Assembly: GCA_021776735.1 (NCBI GenBank)
Contig: JAJFFH010000024.1
Location: 87,744 to 151,743 of the forward strand
Origin: Planctomycetota bacterium
Lineage (GTDB): Bacteria > Planctomycetota > PLA2
Direction of reading: 5' to 3'
DNA: 64,000 nt
Shown: positions 57,001 to 64,000 of the stretch, one piece after another
Layout: every line of letters begins with the position of its first letter
Numbering within the stretch: the first letter of the stretch is position 1
Program-made: the position numbers and the translations under genes
Notes under the pieces: generated by a model
What the model saw: the letters and a program-made list of their open reading frames with translations, nothing else
Database searches by the model: none
What the model was told of the DNA's origin: nothing

Positions 57001-57827
57001 TTGCCCGGCGGACCATCGGCGTTGGCGCGCTTGGCGATGGCGATGAGTTCTGCGGGCTCGGTGTCGCCGGCGGCCTGGAGCAGGTGTTCAAGTGACGCGT
57101 TCTTGAGAGCGATCTCGACGCGGTCGGCGGCCGACACGTTGTCGAGCGTCCAGGTCCAGACCTCGTCCGGGTTTTCCTCGAACGCCTTGCCGGCAAACGC
57201 GAGGAAACGTTCCTTGTCGCCGGACCGCTGGGCGAGTTGCGCCAGGATGTAGCTGACGGGGCCGTCCTGATAGCCCGCGTCATAGAGCGACTCGACGAGG
57301 CGCGAGGCGAGCGTGGTCCCGGCCTGATTGCCCAGGAGGCGGTCAGCCAGTTTCATGCGGTCGGTCTTGAGCGCGCCGAGCGTGGCCAGCAGGAAGATGC
57401 CGGTCGCGCCGGCGGCGTCCTTGCGGTCCAGGAGTTCTTTCCCACGCCGCGAGGCATCCACACCGTTGGCCTCGTGCAGCGCCGTGGCGTGACGCAGGGC
57501 CAGGACCGTGTCACCCTTCGCCAGCGCCAGCTCCCAGAGCACGTCGCGGACGGCGTGGTCGAGCTTGTTCTTGCGCAAGTGCGTCTCGGCGTGTTTCATC
57601 GCGGCCGAAAGCCGAGCCTCCGCCTTGACGGCGATGCCCCGGAGTTGCTCCGCCGCCGGCTTCCCACCGCCCTCCGCCAGCAGAAGCTCGAACGCGACTT
57701 CCTGGAGCGCGGCCCCCTTGGTGCCGCCCTTGAGCGCCTTGTCGAACGTCTTGCGGGCGGGCTTGAGGCGGTTCTTGGCGATGTAGCCGCGGATGTCGGC
57801 CACGATCTGCGTAAGACTCTTAGCCAT
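54084..57827 (-). CDS. very large (1247 aa) tetratricopeptide-repeat protein
   Basis: Ala/Leu/Arg/Asp-rich helical repeats throughout (AxxAxxxLG pattern). No enzymatic motif seen. Confidence 0.65.
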   Translation of the reverse strand: MAKSLTQIVADIRGYIAKNRLKPARKTFDKALKGGTKGAALQEVAFELLLAEGGGKPAAEQLRGIAVKAEARLSAAMKHAETHLRKNKLDHAVRDVLWELALAKGDTVLALRHATALHEANGVDASRRGKELLDRKDAAGATGIFLLATLGALKTDRMKLADRLLGNQAGTTLASRLVESLYDAGYQDGPVSYILAQLAQRSGDKERFLAFAGKAFEENPDEVWTWTLDNVSAADRVEIALKNASLEHLLQAAGDTEPAELIAIAKRANADGPPGKVIRALGLLHGGKAPNACRILEGLVTESPEVAAPIADLFVGRVGSWDGSAEVFAAVVGAALRADGARVKQATDAALAIAPDKRADAWGRGGPKLLKAAPDRDDLRLAVGQWHLGQDAPDEAAALLQEPGHLDLARQWAEAGSAPAVVLRRAADLAEEGDAVADHAEWLLHAARSDSTLLAELGGRLGGAAVSPETALKGAEALLGDGQKAQAADLLSRLPLDEATGKAVDNLLQGRRLRDDRAFQTVAFRCALALGDQNRARRLFSSVEENVQVLAREAGRHAHAGRVLADVLVGQGKGEVAIELIEARRSAGDEARTLLPLADALLKGSPRLAFARLVRAKLLRSADRADDAVRDLRAIPAKAAELDEAFELLGELAEAAEGVKGGAGAIGAATLGRADIHIFKKQYRQAVKELGARPCDAGERLQRLETVCREASDLEAAHRGRALALVELDRVPEAADAHFKRFVCGDADRATVATDLEDVARSALSKNDLETAGRILEQLPDQVSDGAERSIAVIGDDKRSELLVLRSKMLLQLGRTDEAVQTLSDLVASDPKSRARAAQALEAIIDSGQARPDADFALASAFDRMERTGDALKSLTRLYDDDITSRENVAKAAEGLVVRADDPDVRLFLARVCLDMRNASAATEHAISARRLRPGARRDCVEVLRKALDLDAFAPDTHFALAQAHLAGDEADDTVRHFRAAVEVDRNRAGAAIAAMEEAAPRSQHPALLWLAVGTTYAEFQKDHDHAAAAFTKGLDASPPAALKVPLLLGRGDSHAALRHDDQAFDDFDEASKHDVLERRYYEFLRARHRKREFEKAKEDADKSATEFTAAAAAVGRFVRLGRTTEAVECAQAALAAAPDQVGPRYLVGVALHAAHSYDAAAQMLEAVRETAGADTEVGRAARMLLAESYLDNGDRTRARSCLIEIESVDANYPGLQARRGGLAPPADDPHAPPPLYVRPDFPRPTE

Positions 57828-59010
57828 CGTCGGTGTCCCCCGCCGCCAACACGACGTTTGCGACCGTGACGGCGAGCGCCGCGGCGTCCGGCGGCGGAGC
57901 CCCCGTCCGGCGGGCGCGCAAGTCCTCGAGTGCGGCGGCGGCGGCGGCGTGCCACGGATCTTCGTCCAAAGTCTGGTTCAGCAGATCGACCGCGTCCTCG
58001 GACCGGCCGACCGCGTAGGCCGCGCAGGCGCGCGCATACGCCAACTCCGCGCGCAGCACGGGGTTTGACGGGTCGGGCGCGTCCTTGAGCAGGCTCTCGG
58101 CCGCCGCCGGATCGCCCTCCTTGAGCTTGAGCGCAGCCAGCGTGATCCTCGCCGGGGTGTAGCCGGGATTCTCGGCGAGAACCTTGTCCAGTACCTCGGT
58201 CGATCGGTCGGCGAGCCCGGCCTTGACGTACGCCGTCGCCAGATCCCCGGCCACGGCCTCGTCGGGTCCACGTTTTAGGGCACGCTCCAGCAAGCGCACG
58301 GACGCGCCCGGGCGCCCGTCGCGCAGGGCGGCCCGTGCCGCCAGCCGGGCATCCCGCCGCGCCCGGACCTGCTCGCTGACACCGGAGGCCTCGACGGCCC
58401 GCGCAAGCTGCTCGAAACCGGCCGCAGCCTGCTGCTGGTCGCCCGCAAGCGCCGCGATGGCGGTCTTCACGTCGCCAAGGATCGAGGCCACGTTGCCCAG
58501 CGCCGCCACGACCTTCTCCTGCTCAGGCACGAGCCCCTTGACGGCCCCCTCGGTCCCGCGAGACGCGTTGACCAGGGCATTCAGGAGGTTCGCAGTCTTG
58601 TTGGTCGAGGCCCCGACCGTTTGGCTCACATGGTTGCGCATCTGCCGGCTGCCTTGCCGCTGAGAGGCCAGGGCATAGGCCATCTCGCCCAGCGCGCACC
58701 GCTTTTCGACGGCGTCGTACAGCATGCACTTGGCCTTGAGGCAGCGGGCGGGGACCAGATCGCCCTCTCTTTTTTGCTCGAAGGGCAGGAACGGGCAGAC
58801 ATCGCCGACCGAATCCTTGATCTTCGGCTGCGAAAAATCGGCGGCCTTGCCCCCGCAGCCCGCCACGGCGCACTTCTCCCCCGCCGCGAACCAGGACTGG
58901 CTCAGATACGGAGCTGAGCACTTCCTACAGCGCGCGATTTGGGGATTCTTGTCGTCCAGGACGATCGGACGACCGCTGTATGTGCAGATTTCGCCGGTGA
59001 ATATGACCAA
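57820..59010 (-). CDS. zinc-ribbon N-terminal domain plus TPR C-terminal domain protein
   Basis: CxxC pairs near the N-terminus (CRKCSAPY...CAVAGCGG...CPFLPF...CLKAKC). TPR-like C-terminal half. 8-bp overlap with the TPR gene. Confidence 0.55.
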   Translation of the reverse strand: MVIFTGEICTYSGRPIVLDDKNPQIARCRKCSAPYLSQSWFAAGEKCAVAGCGGKAADFSQPKIKDSVGDVCPFLPFEQKREGDLVPARCLKAKCMLYDAVEKRCALGEMAYALASQRQGSRQMRNHVSQTVGASTNKTANLLNALVNASRGTEGAVKGLVPEQEKVVAALGNVASILGDVKTAIAALAGDQQQAAAGFEQLARAVEASGVSEQVRARRDARLAARAALRDGRPGASVRLLERALKRGPDEAVAGDLATAYVKAGLADRSTEVLDKVLAENPGYTPARITLAALKLKEGDPAAAESLLKDAPDPSNPVLRAELAYARACAAYAVGRSEDAVDLLNQTLDEDPWHAAAAAALEDLRARRTGAPPPDAAALAVTVANVVLAAGDTDDG

Positions 59011-59138
59011 CCCGAGCCTCCTTGACGGGCCTCCTTGCGGGCCTCCTTGAGGGGGGTCACTTTACTCGATTCTCCCGGTTGACGAATAGCGTCATTGGGG
59101 AGAACCCCGTGGCTACCTATAATCTGGCGCAGGCCGGT

Positions 59139-60413
59139 ATGTCGTCTCAGTACGTCCTTGTTGTGTCCTCGGGCAAGCTGCGGCGGGAAGTTGCCGTCGG
59201 AGAAGAGCCGCTCGTCGCGGGGCGCGGCCCCACGTCGAATCTGCGGCTGCCCGACGACTACTGCTCCCGCGAGCACGCCCGGTTCGTGAGCCGGGGGAGC
59301 GATCTGTACGTCGAGGATGTCGGCGCCAGGAACGGCGTGTTCGTGAACGACGAGCGGGTACTCCTCGACAAAAAGCTGACGGACGGCGATGAAGTCCGCC
59401 TTGGACGGACCCAGATCATTGTCCGCCGCGCGGCCGCGCCCCCGCCCCCCGACCCGACTACCGAGGGCGATCTGTCCGACACCGCGACCAAGGATCTCGG
59501 GCCGGAGGGCATTCAGTTCGTCGATCCGGCCGTGGAACTCGGGTTTACCCTGACGCGCCTCGTCGCGGTCTCGGGCATGGGCCTCCTGTTCGAGGCCAAG
59601 GACGTCAAATCCGGGCACAAGGTCGCGTTCAAGATCCTGCGGCCCGACCGCGCGACCGAAGCCAACGTGGCCCGCGCCGTCGAAGAGGCCAAGTCGCTGT
59701 CGAGCATCCACCACGAAAACATCGTGCGGATCCTTTCGACGGGGCGCATGCGCAACGGCGAGTCGTTCCTCGTCATGAAGTACGTCGATGGTCCGACCGC
59801 GACGCAACTCGGCAAGGCCGGCCGCCTCTGGATTCCGGAGGCGCTCAAGATCGCTTCGGACACCTGTTCTGCGCTCCACGCGGTGCACACGCGCGGCATG
59901 GTCCACCGCGACGTCAAGCCGAGCAACGTCATGATCGAGGAAGCGACGCTGCGGATCGTCCTGATCGACTTCTCGCTCGCACTGACGGAAGCCGGCGGCC
60001 TCGCCAGCGCGCCTGCCGGGACGATCATTTTTTGTGCGCCCGAGCAGGTGCAGCCACGCGCCGGAGACGACGCGATGCAGCCGGTGGTCGATGTCTACGG
60101 ACTCGGCGGTACGCTGTACTTCATGCTGACCGGCTCGCACCCGTTCCGCGGCCAGAGCACGATGGAAATCCAGGAAAAGAAACTCAGCGCGCCGCTGCCC
60201 ACGGTCAAGACCCGGCTGAAAGGGCGAGCGATCCCCGAGCTCGACGGGATCATCCACCACTGCATGCAGCCGGATCCCGCGAACCGTCCGCCGAGCATGA
60301 TGGATGTGAAAAAGGCCATCGACCGCGCCCGCCGGCGCTACCCCGCACCGAAGTTCACCGACGCGAACAAGTCGGCCACGCCGTCTCCCGTGCGGGGCAG
60401 GGCGAAGCGTTGA
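59139..60413 (+). CDS. FHA-domain-containing Ser/Thr protein kinase
   Basis: FHA (YVLVVSSGKLRREVAVGEEPLVAGRGPTSNLRL...SREHARFVS...NGVFVNDERV) then Hanks kinase (VAFKIL, HRDVKPSNVM, IDFSLA, APE). The tool's start at 59022 is also possible. Confidence 0.8.
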   Translation: MSSQYVLVVSSGKLRREVAVGEEPLVAGRGPTSNLRLPDDYCSREHARFVSRGSDLYVEDVGARNGVFVNDERVLLDKKLTDGDEVRLGRTQIIVRRAAAPPPPDPTTEGDLSDTATKDLGPEGIQFVDPAVELGFTLTRLVAVSGMGLLFEAKDVKSGHKVAFKILRPDRATEANVARAVEEAKSLSSIHHENIVRILSTGRMRNGESFLVMKYVDGPTATQLGKAGRLWIPEALKIASDTCSALHAVHTRGMVHRDVKPSNVMIEEATLRIVLIDFSLALTEAGGLASAPAGTIIFCAPEQVQPRAGDDAMQPVVDVYGLGGTLYFMLTGSHPFRGQSTMEIQEKKLSAPLPTVKTRLKGRAIPELDGIIHHCMQPDPANRPPSMMDVKKAIDRARRRYPAPKFTDANKSATPSPVRGRAKR

Positions 60414-61606
60414 GCGATCCCGGCCTGTTGCCGCTCCACGGGCTCGGCGGAGCGCCCCGGATCGCAATCCCCAAGACCGGCGAGCTACCGCTCGGTCGCG
60501 AACCGGGCGGGAGCGGAGTCAAGATCGCCGATCGGCGGTGCTCACGCCGCCACGCCGCGGTTTTTCGGCGCGGCAACGACTGGCTCGTCAAGGATCTCGG
60601 ATCAAAAAACGGCACCTGGGTCAACGGCCAGCGCGTGACCGAAGCAGCGCTGCAACGTGGGGACAATCTTAGAATCGGCCACGCCGAGTTCGCGTTCTCG
60701 TCGGAGGACGAGGCGTTTCGCTGCGCGTCGTGCCTCGAAACGCTGATGATGGCGCCGGCCGACATGCCGTTTTGTACGGAGTGCCGCCGGACGTTCCCGC
60801 TCCTCGGCCAGACCCTCGGCCAGCGACGCCTCGTGCGCGGCCTCGGGACCGGTTCGTTCGGTTCGGTCTATGTCGGCCACCATCGCGGCACGCCGTACGT
60901 CGCGGTCAAGGTGCTGCACGTTGAGTTCACCGAGACCCCCGACGTCGTGATGAAGTTCCTCAAGGAGGCGTACGCCACCTCGGGCCTCGAGCACGAAAAC
61001 ATCGTGCGGTTTGGCGACTCCGGCCACGAGTCGGGCCACTGGTACATCCTGCTCGAGTACTTCCCGTCGCAAAGCCTGAAGGAAGTCCTCGAAGAACGGC
61101 GTTTCCTGCCCGTCGACGAGGTCGCCGCGATCGCGCGCCAGGTGCTGGGCGCGCTTGAGTACGCGCACGGCCAGCGCCTCCTGCACCGCGACATCAAGCC
61201 GGGCAACATCCTCATTGACGAGAACGCCCGCGTGAAGGTCGTGGACTTCGGGCTCGCCAAACGCCTGGTCGACTCGGCCTTCACGTCGCACACCACCACG
61301 GGCATGCCCGGCACGCCCCTCTTCATGGCGCCGGAACTGCTGAACGGCGGCAAGGCGACGTTTGCGGCGGACATCTACTCCTCGGCCGCCACGCTTTTCA
61401 GGATGCTGACCGGCCGGCACCCCATCGAAGCCCGCAAGCTCAACGAGTGGCTCCAGGCCATCCAAACCCAGGTTCCGCCGACCGCCCAGTCGCTGCGTCC
61501 GGAGATCCCGGACAAGGTCAGCGCCGCCCTGGACCGTGCCCTGGACAAGAACCCGGCCAAGCGCCCGGCCACGATCACCGAATTCCGCCGCGACCTGGGC
61601 ATGTAG
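60410..61606 (+). CDS. FHA-domain plus zinc-ribbon plus Ser/Thr protein kinase
   Basis: FHA (...CSRRHAAVFRRGNDWLVKDLGSKNGTWVNGQRV...), CxxC...CxxC, kinase (GTGSFGSVY..VAVKVL, HRDIKPGNIL, VDFGLAK, APE). Start tentative (TTG 60410 overlapping the upstream stop). Confidence 0.75.
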   Translation: MSDPGLLPLHGLGGAPRIAIPKTGELPLGREPGGSGVKIADRRCSRRHAAVFRRGNDWLVKDLGSKNGTWVNGQRVTEAALQRGDNLRIGHAEFAFSSEDEAFRCASCLETLMMAPADMPFCTECRRTFPLLGQTLGQRRLVRGLGTGSFGSVYVGHHRGTPYVAVKVLHVEFTETPDVVMKFLKEAYATSGLEHENIVRFGDSGHESGHWYILLEYFPSQSLKEVLEERRFLPVDEVAAIARQVLGALEYAHGQRLLHRDIKPGNILIDENARVKVVDFGLAKRLVDSAFTSHTTTGMPGTPLFMAPELLNGGKATFAADIYSSAATLFRMLTGRHPIEARKLNEWLQAIQTQVPPTAQSLRPEIPDKVSAALDRALDKNPAKRPATITEFRRDLGM

Positions 61607-61808
61607 CCCCGCAATTCCAACGACCGCGGACCTGTGGATCGTCGCAACTCGATGTGATCAAGCAGCTTACATCAGGCACGCACCGTCACGGCTTCGTCAC
61701 CAATTGCTGCTCGGCGCTGTATTCTCATCCTTTTGATCCCGGCTCGGTATGGCTGTCAGGCGCACGTGCGATCAACGGCGCGGCTCCAAACCGCCCGTGG
61801 CCCTCGGG

Positions 61809-62219
61809 CTATACGAAGGTCGCGGCGTAGAGCCAGACGCCGGTTGCGACCGTGGCGCAGAACAGGGCGATCAGGATTCGGCCGCGGCGGCGGTGCGCGT
61901 CGCGCTCGTCGAAAACCCGCTTGCCGCGGGCGATCTGGTAGGTCCAGAGCAGCGTGGCCGGGATCGCGAAGGTGAGGTGAATCGCGAGGGCCAGCGCGTC
62001 CAGGGGCGGCGGCGTGGCCTCCAAACGGACCTGAATCTCGAAGGCGACAACGGCAAACAGGAAGACGACGTAGCACGCCGTCATGACCCGCGCGTGCCTC
62101 TTGACCTGACCGCGTCGCACCAGCCGCACGGCCCATAGGAGCACGGGCAGCATCACGACCAAGACGACCAGGAACAGATCCACGAAGAACCCGGCCTCGG
62201 TACCGAAAAAGCCGCTCAC
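61809..62219 (-). CDS. DUF420-like small integral membrane protein
   Basis: 136 aa, 4 TM. 4-bp overlap with the thiI start. Confidence 0.55.
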   Translation of the reverse strand: MSGFFGTEAGFFVDLFLVVLVVMLPVLLWAVRLVRRGQVKRHARVMTACYVVFLFAVVAFEIQVRLEATPPPLDALALAIHLTFAIPATLLWTYQIARGKRVFDERDAHRRRGRILIALFCATVATGVWLYAATFV

Positions 62220-63373
62220 AGGATCAAGTCCTCGCTTGTGGCGGCCGCGACAGCCTCTTCGACCAACGCCGCGACGTCGAGATCGGCCTCAGCGACATCG
62301 CCGTCCGTACGCGTTGTCTTGGTGGCAGGCCGATTCGGCACAAAGAGCTGACAGCAGTCCTGATCGGGCCGAATCGAGATGTCGAAGGTCCCGATTCGTC
62401 GGGCTACGTCGATGATTTCCCGCTTGTCGGTGCCGATCAGGGGCCGGAGGACCGGAATCTGGGCGACCGCATCGACCGTGGAGAGGTTTTCGAGGGTCTG
62501 GGAGGCCACCTGGCCGAGGCTTTCGCCGGTCACGAGGGCGCCGCAGCGCCGGCCGCGGGCGATCCGCTCGGCGATTCTGAGCATGAAGCGCCGGTACAGG
62601 ACGACGCGAAGGGCTTCCGGGCAGTGGAGCCGGATTTCTCGCTGGATCGGAGCGAGCGGAACCATGTGGAGGCGGGTCCGGTACTGCCAGCGGGTCAGCG
62701 TCTCGGCCAGATCGCGGGCTTTTTCCTGCGTCGTGCGGTCCACGAGCGGGAAGCTGTGGAAGTGGACCAGATCGACGTGGCAGCCCCGGTTGATCATGCG
62801 CCACGCGGCCACGGGCGAGTCGATCCCGCCACTCATGAGCGCCGCGACGCGCCCCCCGGTCCCGACCGGCAGACCGCCGGGACCCTCGACCCTGTCCAGC
62901 CCCACGAGCACCTCGTCCTTGAGTACGGAGACGTGATAGTCGTACGCGGCGCCCTTGAGTTGCACGCCACGACCGGTCTCCCGCACCACGACGGCACCGA
63001 TATCACGGTCCGCCTCCATCGACAGCAACGGAAACGTTTTGTCGACCCGCCGCGTGGAGATGCGAAACGTGCCCGGCGGCCGGGCGGCCAAATCCGCCGA
63101 GATAGACCGCCCCACGGCCTCCATATCGCGCGGCAGCCGCTCGAGCCGCAGCACGTACGAAACCCCGCATACCTGCGCCAGCCGGCGCTGGATCACGGCC
63201 GGGTCGACGTCCGCCTCGATCGTGACGAGCACGCGGCTCATGTACGACCGGGTCTCACACGGCCCGATTTCGGCCAGCGCCCGCCGTGCATTGTTCCGCA
63301 GCGCCCGCTCAAAGCGGCTCCGGTTGCCCCCTTTGAGCGCCAGCTCGTGAAAATGAAGCCCGAATGTCGCCAC
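62216..63373 (-). CDS. thiI: tRNA 4-thiouridine(8) synthase ThiI (THUMP + PP-loop ATPase, no rhodanese domain)
   Basis: ...HFHELALKGGNRSRFE..., PP-loop LMSGGIDSPVAAW. C-terminal region contains an in-frame copy of the 12-mer (KTTRTDGDVAE). Confidence 0.85.
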   Translation of the reverse strand: MATFGLHFHELALKGGNRSRFERALRNNARRALAEIGPCETRSYMSRVLVTIEADVDPAVIQRRLAQVCGVSYVLRLERLPRDMEAVGRSISADLAARPPGTFRISTRRVDKTFPLLSMEADRDIGAVVVRETGRGVQLKGAAYDYHVSVLKDEVLVGLDRVEGPGGLPVGTGGRVAALMSGGIDSPVAAWRMINRGCHVDLVHFHSFPLVDRTTQEKARDLAETLTRWQYRTRLHMVPLAPIQREIRLHCPEALRVVLYRRFMLRIAERIARGRRCGALVTGESLGQVASQTLENLSTVDAVAQIPVLRPLIGTDKREIIDVARRIGTFDISIRPDQDCCQLFVPNRPATKTTRTDGDVAEADLDVAALVEEAVAAATSEDLIL

Positions 63374-63454
63374 GAACCGCCCATGGGAACGACGAAAGGC
63401 CCCGCGCGCAAGGATTCGAAGGCTATTCGAGGGAGACTTCCAAAAACGTCAGGA

Positions 63455-63481
63455 ACGGACGGCGATGTTTCCGATCTGGCC
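63455..63481 (+). repeat. copy of the dispersed motif (ACGGACGGCGATGTTTCC...; core at 63455-63466)
   Basis: Exact 12-mer in the divergent region between the thiI start and the 63520 gene, followed by duplicated GTTGACCCC. Confidence 0.8.
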
Positions 63482-63519
63482 GGTTGACCCCCCGTTCCCG
63501 CCCCCCTATCGTTGACCCC

Positions 63520-63999
63520 ATGCAGCAGGATGCAGCCCTCGTAATCCTGAAGACCTTCGTGATCGCGGTCTTCGCGACGTTTTTGGCGCTGAACTTCTTG
63601 TCCCGGGAACAGGCATCGGAAAAGCTCGACAAGTTCCGGGACAAGGTGGACGGCCTTTCGACCACGGTCGCCGAGAGCAACCGGCGAGTGGACAAGGCCA
63701 TCGAGGAGTCCCAAGCCGCGAAGGCCGCCACCGACCGCACCTACGAACGCCTCAACGCGCTGCTCGACGTCATCGAGCGCGGCGGGGTCGTGGCGCGCGG
63801 CCCACATGAGAATCAGCCGAAAACCGACCAGCCGAAGACGCCGGTCGAAGAGAAAACCGGCACGCCGACGATCATTGCAGGCAAGAAGGTCTACCCGCGC
63901 AACAAGGGTTGGACCGTGGTGTGCGACAAGAACGCGAACGACGATCCGAAACGGGCGATTCCCGAGGACAAGGTCGATTGGGACGCGAGCATGCCGATC
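63520..63999 (+). CDS. 5-prime part of a gene for a membrane-anchored protein (runs off the window end)
   Basis: ATG 63520, N-terminal TM ALVILKTFVIAVFATFLALNFL then a charged sequence. No stop before the window end. Confidence 0.45.
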   Translation, partial: MQQDAALVILKTFVIAVFATFLALNFLSREQASEKLDKFRDKVDGLSTTVAESNRRVDKAIEESQAAKAATDRTYERLNALLDVIERGGVVARGPHENQPKTDQPKTPVEEKTGTPTIIAGKKVYPRNKGWTVVCDKNANDDPKRAIPEDKVDWDASMPI

Positions 64000-64000
64000 C

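Noticed and set aside
1-64000. CRISPR arrays, tRNA/rRNA genes, integrases or transposases
   Set aside because: No regularly spaced repeat-spacer structure and no tRNA-like cloverleaf ends. No protein has transposase (DDE) or integrase (tyrosine/serine recombinase) signatures.

Overview
This is a high-GC (roughly 68-70% by eye), gene-dense bacterial chromosomal window of about 55 credible protein genes, with no rRNA, tRNA, CRISPR array or obvious transposase. The many long antisense ORFs in the six-frame track are GC-driven shadow frames, not genes. Recognisable content, in order: TrkA/TrkH K+ uptake; QueF; a PLP-dependent ACC-deaminase/D-cysteine-desulfhydrase-family enzyme; an SCP2 + FAD-linked oxidase pair; a VOC protein; saccharopine dehydrogenase; a Sel1-repeat protein; an ECF sigma / anti-sigma / HtrA-like operon; an FG-GAP/ASPIC protein; an NSS-family sodium symporter; a large envelope-polysaccharide locus (two FemAB-like genes, a glutamine-hydrolysing asparagine-synthase-like amidotransferase, several GT4 glycosyltransferases, an O-antigen-ligase/Wzy-like membrane protein, two polysaccharide deacetylases, WecB, rmlDBAC, two DegT-type aminotransferases); family-4 uracil-DNA glycosylase; a TolB-like beta-propeller; GNAT; a 1247-aa TPR protein followed by a zinc-ribbon/TPR protein and two FHA-Ser/Thr kinases; and ThiI. 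The most unusual observation is not a gene. The exact 12-mer ACGGACGGCGAT occurs at least 21 times on either strand, in intergenic regions and in-frame inside unrelated CDSs. In two intergenic regions of the polysaccharide locus, inverted copies of this motif flank about 200 bp of tandem TGGCACC-containing repeats, which looks like a small non-autonomous interspersed element or regulatory minisatellite. Other points worth a second look are a 760-bp ORF-free structured region, an HtrA-like protein that appears to lack its catalytic serine, and a low-GC secreted-protein island. Taxonomy is not resolved from the sequence; gene content (FHA-kinases, TPR, HtrA, TolB-like, O-antigen ligase) suggests a Gram-negative, high-GC lineage.
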